NCBI GenBank assembly: GCA_964057225.1
Contig: OZ059898.1
Location: 13,330,001 to 13,394,000, forward strand
Origin: Auanema rhodensis
Taxonomy: Eukaryota > Animalia > Nematoda
Length of the DNA: 64,000 nucleotides
Reading direction: 5' to 3'
In this document: positions 42,970-56,548 of the stretch, one piece after another
How the letters are laid out: every line of letters begins with the position of its first letter
Numbering within the stretch: the first letter of the stretch is position 1
Translations under genes and position numbers: made by a program
Notes under the pieces: model-generated
Told to the model about the DNA's origin: nothing
Seen by the model: the letters and a program-made list of their open reading frames with translations, nothing else
The model's database searches: none

Positions 42970-45642
42970 TTAAGTGAAGAAAAGTGGTACAAGTTCTTTA
43001 GACAAGTGAAACAAACCAGTGCCCACTACATCTAAATCAATTCTCATCATTGAAACCTGAAATTAGTATTAGAATATTGATAAAAACTGGTCAAATAATG
43101 AAACCTGTGATGTGAGAGTTCCATTTAATGATAAAGCTGGAAGAATTAAAGCTATTCGAGGACGTGTAGTTTCATTTCGAGTAACCGCGGGAAGTAGAAA
43201 GTAATCCTAAAACAAGTTCCGTTAAAACTACAAACAAAGAACATCAAACATACTTTCATAGTAACAACATAGAGAGTATCGGGACGATGCTGAATAGAAG
43301 TTGCCAATTTCTCATATTGTTCTTTGGTAGGAGCCTGCTCCTGTATTTGCCGATCTAACTTCATCAATTTTCTCGCTCTGTCCCGCTTATCTCTACAAAA
43401 AAATAACTATTGGAGTTCGGAAAAACGATACTACCTCAATGTGTCACTAGATTGACTAATCATATCCAGATGTTTCCAAGCGCGATCTCTAATAGCAGTT
43501 TGCTTAGCATGTTCACGTTTTTCAGCTCCAGTCCTACAATGAATATCATTAACAATCGCAAATATTACTCTGGTACTACCGTTTAGGTAGGGATAAATCA
43601 GTCATGTCCACTCGCTCAACCATAGCTGCTGCAGGCCAAGATTTTGGACCATTCCGAAGAAGAACCCTAATAAAAAAATTAGTTGACGATGGCTAAGACA
43701 CCAAAACCTCTTCCCCCGTTTCAGACTTAAATCCATCTGTTCATGCCTATCAACCCAATTATATAAATCAGTATTTAATCTTAAAATCTCGAATATGAGC
43801 TTTCAAAAACAACAACACTAATTCTACCTTATTGTCTCTGTCTTATTAAGCCAAGATTTCTTAAATCCACAAGATATACTCTCATTTTGAGGAACAGTAT
43901 CAACAACAGGATCCTATAGTAACAAAAAGATAAAAAACAATTTCTTAAAAATTCTATTTCACATTATATTTTAAAACTTTTCCATGGCTAATTCTATCAG
44001 CTGTGTGAGATTCGCGGTAAGTTCGACTAGTTGTCCGTCTAAATTCAAAATAAGCAAACAATCCATATAGTAAGAAATAACATACGATTCAAGATTAATT
44101 GGAGATATTGAAACCATCATAAAAAAAGCCATAACACAAGCTCCAGCTATGGCTGTTCTCTTTCTGCTAGGAGCTGATGCCCAATTTTCAATCTAAATAA
44201 CATTTGTAAAGCAAAAGGTTGAAAACTTGACGGAAAACTTGAAGAAATCAAATAAGATGAATGAATACCTTCTTAGGTTCGTAAAGTTCAAGACGTTTTC
44301 TCAAATTAGCGTTCTCCATTTTTAGACGTTGATTCTCTTCTTCCAATTTTGCAAGTTTAGATTTCATTTCATCAGCCTCCTTTACAAAAACATATTAAAA
44401 AAATGCAAAGATTAAGGAGATAACTTACGTTTCTCTTCTTCAATCGAGAAGCTTGAGCTGCAGCTCGATTTTTCATTTTTCTATCTTCTTGTCTTCTTCG
44501 ATAATCCTAAAAATTAAATTACAAGGCGAAATTCAAAGTAGAGCATACATCGACTTCCACATTTTGGCTTAAGTTGACTATAGCAGGTGAAGGGGTTGCA
44601 ATTTGGAAACATTGAGTTGTAGGTTGTGGTATAGCTTGGTAGTTTCTTATTTGCTAAAATACTTAACATGAGCACAATTAAATGAATAAAAATACCAATC
44701 CATTATTGTTACTGATGAAAACTTGAGGCTTTTGAGTAATTTGCTCCTTTTTTGTGTGGGGCGCTTGCTTCACAAGAACTTGAGTTTTTACATTAAGTTG
44801 AACTGGCGTCTGGGAAAGAGACTGAAAACAGATTACTATGTTTTTTTCAAGAACATAAAAAATTACTCTTGGATCTTGTTTAGGCACGTAGTATACATAT
44901 TCAGGTCGAGAATTCTGCAACAAATGAGAGTTTATAGAGAAAAACTAGAGAGTAACTTACGGCATCTTGAGAGATCGTAGAGTTTTGAATAGGAGATGAC
45001 TGATTCAAATTGGTTTGAAAATCAGTATTTAAATTCTATAAGTATTAAAGCGGTAAGATATATATAGGATAAAAATACATCGGAATAGGAGGATCCCTCG
45101 TACTCTTGTTGTTCAATGACAGTGCTTGTAGTAGGCTCACTACCAAATCCCCAAGGAGAATGATCAGATAACGACTGAAGAATTCAATCAATAATGTGAA
45201 TATTGAAGTTGAAAAAATAAAAAAAAATGGTTTTTGAAGGTCAACAAGAGCTAACCTCACTACCGCTGGGACTGTGTTTTCCAGAATCACACGAATTAGA
45301 TGAGGAATAATCATTGAATTCAAGGTTGAATAAATCTATTGCAGCGCTTGTTCCTCGCAGAAAATCACTTTCAAAATCCAAATCAGAAGTAAATGGTGAA
45401 ATCTGATAGAAAAAGGATGAATAATAAAAAATATGATAGAAACATACTGTATCACTTAAAGAAGGACTAACACTGTCTTCAACTGTATCAATTTCATCTG
45501 CAGTTTGAAGCAAAAGTTGCGAATCCATGGCAAACAAATCATCTACTGAAGGAGAGGGAAATCCTTCCGCAGGATACAGCCTTGATTCATCCATGGGTTC
45601 ATTAATAAATAAAGAGTTAGGGACCCTCGCACATTCTCGCAT
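42970..45642 (-). CDS. atf-6: ATF6-type membrane-tethered bZIP transcription factor, multi-exon (start may be 45642 or 45594)
   Basis: bZIP RKMKNRAAAQASRLKKR followed by a leucine zipper. TM segment RKRTAIAGACVMAFFMMVSISP. Luminal ATF6 motifs NKTETIRLNTDLYNWVDRHE, RPDTLYVV, YFLLPA..RPRIALILP and MMRIDLDV. Confidence 0.9.
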
Positions 45643-45761
45643 CCTAAAAATTAAATAATTCAATTATTCTGCAGAGAAAAAAACACAAAAAAAAATCGAT
45701 TAAAGCTTCGGCAAGAGACAGTATGAGTGGGCAAGAGAAGTAAGAAAACTATTCTAACCAC

Positions 45762-45885
45762 CTATAGGTCAGAGGGCAGGAATAACCAAACAAAACCGGC
45801 GCGACTAGCACGACCCGGCATGAAGAAGTAAATAGCTACAACAAAGTCAAAGCGAGAAAAAGTTAAGCTTTCTCTTGAGTATCAC
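45762..45885 (-). promoter_or_regulatory. Predicted atf-6 5' UTR exon carrying a 19-aa uORF
   Basis: TTTCAG acceptor before 45885 and GTGGTT donor after 45762. The uORF MPGRASRAGFVWLFLPSDL* spans 45821-45762. Confidence 0.5.
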
Positions 45886-46661
45886 CTGAAAGAGAGAAAC
45901 ATAGCTGCGGAAATTAATTACGTTAAGTTGAGATGCCACCCTATGTACAGCGGTGTAGTGTGCGAGGTCAAATGCGTGTTTCGCTCTTGTTGTAAATGAA
46001 AGAATGAAAGAGATATGCACTATAGCCTCAAATCAGATAGCTTATAAGACTAGATAAAAGCATATAATGTTATATCGAGGATAAGCATATATATGAAAGA
46101 TATGCTACAAAAAAATAAGGAAAGGTCAGATAGCTTGCTGTAGTCTCAACCTAAAAACATGTAGGACACCATAGTAATTATACGATTAGAAAAGAATTGA
46201 TCAATAATTGAGTGGAGAAGATTCATAAACAAGAACATAGAAGAAAGAGTAAGTAAAAGAAAGATATATAACTGCATGAATACAGTCTTGAAACTTATAC
46301 GATAATAAACATTTTGCAAATATTTTGTTTTAATACACTAGAGCAGATCTATAATAGAGAAATTGACAAACACTTGAAATGAACTAAATTATGGCAATAA
46401 AAAATAACCCATATTGGTAAACCAAATACACTGAATCTCATTTACGATTACATACAAAGTTATTATGATTTTGGAAGAGATGATTATGGCACAAGCGGAT
46501 TAATATGCTTCGATGAGAATCAAGATGATGTAAAAATAAACAAGGTGCCAGAAAAACAAGTGAAAACAATAAAAACATGTCTAATATTTCTATAATATAT
46601 AGAAGAGACATGGAATGTGATAGATTTGACTAGAATACTATATAAGCTACTAAAAAAGTTT

Positions 46662-49600
46662 TTAAGCATTCACTCCTCCAATAGAATCTAAAATGTGAAT
46701 GGCAGTTTTAGGAACGCCTGACTTCTTTTCCTCTTCTTGTGACTTGCGCAACTAAAAAAATGCATAACCTTGCGTTTTTCGTCGAGAAACTCACTGATTC
46801 CTCAAAAAATATTTGAAGCCTCTCGTGCATTGCATCGAAAGATGAGACTAACACGTCATGATATGTTTGCTGATCTGCCCCAATAACGTTTTGGTTAGCA
46901 TTAAGAGCCGATTCACAAGCAGACATTAATGTTCTGAAGTAATAGTTATAATTACATTGAAACAAAATCTTCAAACCTGAACGCTTCTTTCAAATCATTT
47001 ATCGCTGCTTGCCCGTATCTCTGCTTCTCCTCCGGCTGAGTAAAAGCTTCTGCATATGCAAGTGGACCAGCGTTAACCTATAATATCAGTAAATAACAAA
47101 AGATTCATGAGTTTTACGAACTGTTGGCATCACTGCTCCTTGTAGTAACAGCTGAAGCCCTTTTACGTCTAATGGACGCCCTTCTGCTGGTCCCTCAAGT
47201 GTTGATCTTATTTGCTCTGCCTTGAACAACAGTTTTTGACAAGCAAATTTGAGAGGAGCAAAGGTTTCCACACTTTTTGATATAACTCTTAATCTTCTTC
47301 GACTTGCAGGAAACGAGCCCGAAACTAAAAACTACGCTAGAACTATGCTTCCTAAACTTGAAAACCTTCAAGGGATACTCTTTTAAGTGCTTGCTTGGTG
47401 ATATGTGGTTGTTTTTCTTTTTTGTCGCCCTCAACCACAGGACATTCATAAACAAACTTACTAAAATTAAAAAAGTTACGAAGTATTCAAAAAAAGATGA
47501 ACTGACTTGATATTAGTGTGAGACCAAAAGTCTTTACTTTTCAAGCCATCTACGATTAAAGGCTCAACATGAGTTACCTGGACGTAACCAGTATCTACAT
47601 CCAACTTCGACATATCCAGCTGAACATAATCGACTCATACGAAAAATAAAAGCAGCAACTACCTCGTTCTCGGGTTCAACTTGCACTTTTTCTAATGCTA
47701 ATACAGAACGGCAATATTCGTTTAGCCTGAGAGAGACTTCCGCTAATGATGTTAACCCCGCTTCTCTATATATCCATTCAGTGTCGTGGTCAGTTCTGAG
47801 CAAAAACATAGTTAATATTAATGAAAATGAAGGCTTACTCGAATTGCCGTTGACCATAGAAACGAACGCGGAAATAAGAACCTAAATGTCGTTTACCACT
47901 AGTCTTGACTTCAGCAGCTCTACTATATATTTGTTGCAACTCTGCATAAACGCTGACTAACGCCTAAATTATTAAAACTTACACTAAAAGGCTAACTAAA
48001 ACATACATTGAAGTTGTTTCTTTTTTCGAAAATGGGAACTAAAACACGATAGAGTGGTCCTATAGCTTCATATCGTTCTGCTAAAGTTAAAGCTTGAGCT
48101 GTTTTCTCAATTTTGGATGCAAGGTTCTCCTATACGAAAAAACCTGATTATTAAACAATCAAATAATCAAAGATACCATAGTAAAACCAGCAGCTTGAAC
48201 ATTACGTTCTTTCTCGCGGGATTTCTCTGTCTCCGAAACTTCAACACTGATCCAATTAAAGAGAGACCAATCAAAATCAATTTCACCTAAACAAAAACTA
48301 TGAATTTTCCAAGAAATCATATTAAGCACCAGCATCCATTAATTCTTTGGCCATAATAGCAACAGAATGAGCATGGCAGACGGCAGCTTCGGAGAACCAA
48401 CGATCTGTAAAAATAAAGAATATAAATAAACTAAAACTATAAAACAGATGAAAACCATTCGTATGAGTTTCTGCTAAGGTGTCAAACCATGCGCTGCGTA
48501 AAGCTGCTGAACCTCTATAGCTATCTGCTAACTGAATATGCAGATCAGCCAAACGAATCTAAATAACACCAATTCCTGATTGTGAACATTATCATCATTC
48601 ATACCTGATCATTTGAGGCATCCTTTAACGCCACTGTAGCAGTCATAACTCCTCTAAGTTGTTTTATTAGATCCTATATAAGAATTTTAAAAATTAGACC
48701 AAAACAGCGAACTTACAAATACTGCTCTTTCAAAAACAGTGATTTTCCGAGAATCAACGTTTACTAAACTTTCAAGAGCTGTCAAGCCTTTCTCGAACCT
48801 TCCACTTGAAGATAAGCTTGATTTAGCCCCCAATAGTCTAGCTAATGCAACACCGGTCTGTGCACCTGGTCGTCCAAGTCTTTCAGCAGCAGTTAGTGGA
48901 CGAACTTCAGATGCTTGAGCTTGTGGCAAAACGCTTACTGCCATTGCTTGGTTAACTAAAACAACAATACGGGATAATTTTGAGAAGTACTGAACTACCA
49001 ATTTGAAGTTGTGCAGTTTCATATCCATTGCGAAGAATGAGCTGCAACAATGCAGCAGCTGAGCTTTGAATGGTAGACAAGCGACTAGCCATTTGGAGCA
49101 ATACCCTTTCAATCAACGTAGATAACGCATCCAAAGAATTCCCTTCGAATAAACGTGGACGAAACTAAATATTAACCATATACAGGAGCTCACGCTATAG
49201 TCTTACTTGGTTTACAAACAGAGCTATAGCAGCTATGGCATGTAAACGAACAGACTCAGGCCAATGTTCTTCCAATAGCAGTAAATGCATAGATAACAGG
49301 TTGCAGAATAAATCTTCTTCTTGGGCAAAGCATTTGCTTCTACGTCCCTGAAACAAAATTAATCTCAAGAATTTTATAGGGTTAGTGATACCGCTAGTTG
49401 TTGTGACAAACTCTGAACAGCATCCAGCACAATTAGCGCTGATTCTTGACAAAGATTCAAAAGCTGCAACACTCCAAACGGAAGAGGAGCAGAATTTTCC
49501 TCCTCTATACGAACTATAACAAAAACGTGAGCTGCTTTATATATACAAAGTTCTTCACCATGATCTGATACTGAGCTGCCGTTTAAGTCTACACTAGGCA

Positions 49601-52600
49601 TTCTTGAAGACGATGGAGGTAGAAGATGGATGGTTTTGGAAGTGCATCGAATACTAAAGGAATAAATTATTAATCAGTAGTGGTTGGATTAAGACAAACT
49701 CTAAACACGTTGTTTCCAATGCCTCCTCCTTTCCCCTGTACTGAAAGACAGTTAAAGCAATTCGTAATAAAGCTATGAATTTTTGGGCACGAACGCCTTC
49801 GCCATCAGACCACACAGCCCCGAGTATTCTTTTTGGTAGTCTATAGATGACCCAGAGAACACAAATAAGAATGTCCTGCACTTCTTCCTGAAAACACGAA
49901 TGTGGACTTAGAAATAACTACCGCGAATTACTTGATCTAATTTTTCAGCGAGAGGAGTAGGCGTAGACGCATTATTAATAACGTTAACAGATGATCGGAA
50001 AGTCTCGGTAATTTGTACTGGCCTTCTGTCCAACGATCGCCACTTGTTAGTGGTTCTCAATCCTAATTGCATTGTTTGAAACTATCCATGTATTATTTTG
50101 ACTTACCAGTAGGAGGAGCTTCAGGTGTTTCGGCAATAGCTGCTTGTAACTCGTGAATATTATCTAACGCAAATCGTAGCAACGGAACATAAAGAGTCGC
50201 TATGCGACGTTGTATATTCTTTAAGGAAAAAGTATAAATTTTTGGTACAATTTTACTCACCATATCAGAATAACGTTTGTCATAGGAATGTTTTGCCAAC
50301 AGATTTCGAAGAATAGCAATAGGTTTTCTTCTGTATTCACGAGGTTCTCTCAAACACGCATTCAGTTCCTTAAAACGTGACATCAACAGATTTATATTAA
50401 TAAAGCTCAACTTACTTGAAATAGCAACCCAACTGGAAAATGCCTAGCACAATAGTTTATACTCAACCACCATTCATCCGAGCAGCAAGAGTCTGAATGT
50501 AATTTCAACATATTAAATATCTAATTTTCTTCTTACATCTATCACTCTCGTTTGCTTCAGCAAGAGACGGAGATTGAAAGACTTGATGGAAAAAACGGGA
50601 CAGAAATCCTGTGCCATTTGCTAAATGGATTACTTAATGAATTCGGAACGTGCCTAGATTTACCTGTACTAGTTACTGAGGTGTTTTCTGTTTGAATTCC
50701 CTGATAATGTATTCGTTGAATCTGATTTTTCCCATCTAAAAGAACTGGTAAACACAACGGTAACCAGTGTTCATGTTGTGTGAGGATACTGAGAAAGTCG
50801 TTCTTATACTCTCTGAGAACCTGAATAAACTTATTTTTATTCTGTGAAATATGTCCTTACTTTTGAATCATTATAATCAAGTCGTTGAATTGCAAAATGA
50901 AACCATTTCAAAACAATGCCTCTATCTAAGAAACTCAAGCTACACTGAAATATAAAGCTTTTATTAATCGGAGTGAATCATTATTAAACAAACCCTCATG
51001 AAATAAGCAACTGCTGTATTAGCAGAGCGACATTCTTCTGGTATTTCCTTATGCTTAACAATAATTTGAGGTATGACTGTTTCAAACAATGAAGTCATCT
51101 GATCCGTGAGTTCAGAGGAAAATCGTTCCCGGCGAGAAGTCTAATAAAAATACATATTTAAACTAAAGAGAAAAATTACCTTATAAAGTGATTTATGAAC
51201 GACGACTTGAGCGATACTTTTTATACACACATCAAAGAAAAACCACAATTGCCTGAATATAGCGGCTAGTTCGTCTATCGAGCCTTGAACTTGCCGAAGC
51301 TAAAAATCATCTAATATACAACTTCAAAATCGAAACAATCTTTACCAATTCCGGTAAATATTTACATATGGCAATATGTGTTGGTTCATTATTATCTGGA
51401 TCATCGGTTGTAAGAAAGTGAAGACGAACGAAATTCTTTAATAGTCCAATTCGGTCAGAGGAAGTGCGATCACAAATTGATATTAAAGCACTAAAGAACA
51501 TAATTTTGAAAAACATTTAAACGATAATGGTAAACCTCAAGGTACTAAGAGCCAATTGATCTGTTGGCGCCTTGGAGAGAAGAGAGAGTAACCGAGCTAG
51601 CACTATATGAAGAAAAGGTAGAAGCTTTTCAACAGGTACGTCACAGAGACCCTAGTAAGAAAGTTATTAAAGCATTCAAACTATAAGGAGTACATGCAGA
51701 GTTAAAAAGGGAATGCAAGCTATGTTAGTTCACCGAACATAGGACACCTACCTGGGTTTTTTTAACTAAATCAAGTACATAAGGATCATTATCATCCGCA
51801 GAGGAAGATCGCGCGAGAGGAGAGCATGAACGAGCTGGATCAGATCCACCCGAAGGAGAAGATGATTTAGATATACGAGACTGAACAAATGCGGTAGGCA
51901 AACAAAAGAAATGGAAAGCAAAAATTGAAAAAATAAATCTAACCTGCGACAGATCAGCAGCATCTCCAGATATACGTTTATTATCTAATCTTTGGCAAGC
52001 CTAAGTCAGTTAATTATAATATCAAAATCTTTTAGAAAATTTACTTGGAAGAACGAATGAAGCTTTACTTCCGTTGTGAATGCAGACGAAACCATTCTTA
52101 ACCTGAAACGGAAAAGAGGCTTTTGATCCACCCAACGAACATCCGCAATCTCGTCCTATAGATTAACTTTTGAACATAAAACAAGCAAGGTAATGTTTCA
52201 AACCCCTTTTCCTAAACCTAGTGGCTTACATCTCAGATAATTTGGCGGCAAATCTATTGCGACTGGGAGAGCGAATTCTTGTTCATCATTTTCCAGGACC
52301 AACTTATCCTTTCTCCATACTAAAGGAAGCCAAGCATATCCCACAGGAATCTCTGCATTTTCAGGAGATTTGGCAGACACTTGCCCAGCAACAGATACAT
52401 GTGTGAAGGAAAATAATAAATGATCGTTAGCGGTGAAGGATAATGGCAATTGTAGTTTCACTTCATCACCTACACATTAATGGAATGTAAACTGAACTAA
52501 TTTATTTTATTACCAAACGATGGATTTTGCTGATGATGTTGAACACCACATGTTACAGCCGTAGTATAAGGACCACGAGGAGACAAACGATCCATAAGCG

Positions 52601-55600
52601 CCTATAATACTCATTTATATATAAGATACTATTTTTTCATCTAACCTGGTTTTCTTTAGCATTGTCACCACTAAGGAAACGAACAGTGCAAGCAATATTC
52701 CTAGCTTTTGAAAATATTTTTTGAGCATCGTACCTATAGAAGAAACATAAGAACATAAAATGATATGACTGAGATACTCACTTTAGACTTAAAGGGTAAA
52801 TATACAATAGGTTGACAAGCTCAGAATGAGGGTCGGCAGCGATATCGCCAAAAGATTGAAGTTCAAACATGGGGGGAGTTGGACTATCCTTGGGAGAAGT
52901 CCAAGGTTTTAAGGGATACCATGACGGGTTAAGACGGACTGAACATTACAAAAAATGAAGAACGAAAGAGCAGAGCTTACATGGAATTTCTGAAAGATTA
53001 ACAGATAAATCTACTTTGAGGGTCAATGAAGCATTCGGTAAAGCGAATTTTCCCGATTTTTCCAATCTGAAAAGGATCAAACCAATCAAATAAGAATGCT
53101 TAACACTTACTTTGCAAAATCATTAAGATGCTTATAAATATCTGTTTCAATAAACTTATTGTTTTCACATCTATAAAGTTGAATACTAGTAAACTCTTTA
53201 CAGGAGTTGTCTCCACGCAATTCCGGAAAAACGGGACTTAAAAGAAATATAAAAAATAAAGTATTTATCTAATACAAACCGTGCTCCCCAAGCAAAACGT
53301 TGTTTATAGCCTGCTAATCGTATGGTCGAAGAATGAATCAACTTTTGAAGTTTATTAACTGCTTTAGGGTCCACCGAAGATCTAAGAGATTTGATTTAGT
53401 CAAAGTTAAAGTTTAAGGCTTACTTCATATAAATATCACCTACGGTATCAGCTGACAATAAACGATCTACACGACAAACCACCCATATATCTTTATGTGG
53501 CTTAGCCACGGTACATAGTAGCTTAATTAACAAAGATAACAAGATTATCAATTGTTGGAGCAAAATACCTGATTAGCTAATTTACTGCTTAAGAGAGCTT
53601 TAGTCACTCCGTTAATATCGATATTTCCTCCAGGACTTGCTAAATTATCATCTCCACTACAGTCTATATTGAATTCCTCCGAAATTCTGCGCGATGAATT
53701 GGCATCAAATAGGAATATAGAAACGAAAAAAGGCTCAATCTCAAAAAAAACAGTAACAGTGAAAAAATAATGTTTGATTGTACCTGTTGCAAAACATTGT
53801 TTCCAGTCGGTAACTTAATCTCTAACTTTTTGAACTCTATTGAGAAACGAACAGCATGACCGATTCTAGTTAATGTTGATCTTCTTCGTCTAGCAGGCTT
53901 TGTAATAGGTGAGGTAGCTGTTGTTCCTCTTGATCTATTTAACAGACATGATTGCTCTCCTTTTGGTTCGGACACTGGCTGAAAATAATAAAGAGGTCAC
54001 GCATAAATTTCAATCAAATCTTACTCCCAATCTATAGTAAACAGAAAATAAGTTCCGCCTATCAACTATTGGGGGCTGTAATGCTCTCGCGGCTGAATTC
54101 CTACCTCTCCATATATTTACATCCCTTGCTGAAAAATAACAATAAATGCGAATGATTAATGCCGCCCACCTCCTGCACTATCTTCGCTTCCAATGCTTTC
54201 CGTATCTAGATTAGATTCATTCAAACTCTTGCCTGACTTATCTAACTGTTCAGAGCAGGCAGAAACTGAGTCTCCTAAATTTTTCTTTAAATATAATAAC
54301 AATGTAATTAGTACCTTTATTAGCCAAAGCAATAGCGCGATTAATGTGTAGCAACCAAGAAGAAAGTTCATCAGCATCATCACTAGCAATAACTAGCGGC
54401 TTTTGCTCACTTTTTTCATTACCGTCGGGACATGGTTCAATCTAAAAATTGAAAAATATTAATAATACATTATATATATAAACCTGTAAAACTGATTTCC
54501 CCTTCTTCATTGATTTCAATTGAGCTGAGTTCACTTTCATCGCAACTTGCTTCAGAGTATCATTAGCAGTTTTCCTCGTTTCAATGACAATATCTCCACC
54601 AGCCTCACGCCGTAATATACAATAACGCTTCTTAACCGCCTTAAAAACTCGATAAAAAATGAATTGTAATGCTTATAATACTTTTAAATTATCCAATAAA
54701 CTAGGATCATTTTTAACTATCATTACATAGCCTTCCTTTACCACATCAGTGAGGAAAAACCCTTCCATTGCCTAAAATTGAAAAATATATGGGAATTTTC
54801 TGAAAAACTTACAGCTCTTTCTTCTTCTAAAGCCATATCAGACTCAAAAACCAGACTTGACAAAGAAACTTCATTTTCAATAGATGAACTGAAACAGCTA
54901 TTTTCAATTTATAACAAATTCAAGTTTACCCAATATTCAGCCTGTTATAATCACCCATAAACTTATTGTAATTAAAAGTAATACTTCTATATGATGATGT
55001 ATACAAACGAACAGCCTCTTTTGTAAGCAGCCATTGCGCGGATGCAGCATCTTCAGGAGTTACAGGATGTACTACAGTTGATTGATCTGGTTCAATTAAT
55101 GTTTCCTAAATAAAAAAAAGAATTTTAATAATAGTACTATTACATACTTGAACATCATCTCGAGGAAATAAAAGAATTTCTCGTTGTGGATCATTTTCAA
55201 GTTGAATTGTACGTTCAGTAACAAATTTCTCATAGTCTAATGGTTCAGAAATAGGAGCAACTCTCTGGATAAAGAGAGGAGTTAAAATTATAAACTATAT
55301 AAAAACCGTGGGATTTTGAGTAGATATTGCATTTCGAACCGCTTCTCTCGCTTCACGAGCAACTCCTGGTTTACCTACCGCAGCCGTGAACCTGTAATAA
55401 GAAATGATTAATAAGTTTTTTTGCATACAAACCTATTGCTACCACGTTTAAAAGATAACACAGGCATATATAGTTGGATGCATTATAGTTTCAATTCAAA
55501 AGGTTTTCATTGTAACATATACAATGTATATAAAGGCGGCAACAAAAGAGATGTAGTACGAGGGAAAAATCAGAAACACATGCTAGCGAAACAAATGTTT

Positions 55601-55790
55601 TATCAAAAACTGTATAGAACAGAAACAATAACTATAGAATGATAACTCACTTCCGAAGCTGTGAAGAGTTTGTTCGAATGGATGTGATACTCTCAGGTAC
55701 GAGTGTAGAAGCATTACTTGAATTCCCAGAAACAATTGAACGGCGATCATCGGCCGTAGTGCTTCCCCTAGACGAGACGAAAGCTCGCAT
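46662..55790 (-). CDS. DOCK-D/Zizimin-type (DOCK9/10/11) GEF with PH, C2/DHR1 and DHR2 domains, multi-exon
   Basis: N-terminal [27 protein letters not shown] domain KEGYVM...KRRYCIL...ELSSWL. DHR1 motifs [19 protein letters not shown] and [13 protein letters not shown]2 motifs [26 protein letters not shown] and [24 protein letters not shown]. Ends SIGGVNA*. Confidence 0.93.
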
Positions 55791-56403
55791 GTGGTCTAGA
55801 TTAATGATATAACAAATGCATTAATCCTAAATAAAACTGTTTAATGTAGGGAAGTTGAAAGATGAAGAAAAATGTTTCATGAAAGGCCTTGAGTAATAAG
55901 ACGGACATAATCTAATTATTTAATCATCAGTTTTCTAATAAATCAATACGAGAGATAGTGATTTCACTTATAAGAGCATTGCGATGGAAAATTGAAAAAA
56001 AAAATTAGATGCGTAGCTTCCTTCCAAGCGGACATTGAAATTCAATAATAGAGCTAAGTCCATTTTATAAACATATTTCCGCATATTGCCGTCTGAATGA
56101 AAATAGTCAGTTCAAAACCAAGAGGTCATTCTCGGTCCTTCATGTCTTAATCAAAGCGGAAACTATAAACAATTCTCATCCAAACTAAATGCCATGATAT
56201 TTATAATTCAAAATAAATATGAAATGTTCTCACATCTATCTCCTTTATGATTAATTTCTTGTTCTGGCTAAGTTTTGAGTTTTTTTTTCATATTGTTTGC
56301 CAATGTGTTTCCCAGTCTGAAGCTTGAAATTGAGGAATTATTCTTGACCTACATTCCCGACCGTTTCTTTGCGTTTCTTAATTTAAAATGAAAGTAAACA
56401 TTA

Positions 56404-56418
56404 CACGTCATTGACGTG
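56404..56418. promoter_or_regulatory. Inverted pair of TGACGTG (CRE/UPRE-like) sites in the divergent promoter
   Basis: Perfect inverted repeat CACGTCA-T-TGACGTG, 130 bp upstream of ATG 56549. Confidence 0.35.
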
Positions 56419-56548
56419 AATGATGTACTACTAGTGTTCCCTATTCCTACGCTAATGAAGCTGACCGTATTGTATTGATTTTTCTGACTGATTGTTGCCA
56501 GATAGTAAGAAAAGTATGTAAATTCAATATTAATATCAGAATCGCCGA

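Noticed and set aside
51745-51780. Micro-exon in the DOCK gene
   Set aside because: The segment reads in frame as the end of the preceding exon ([10 protein letters not shown]).
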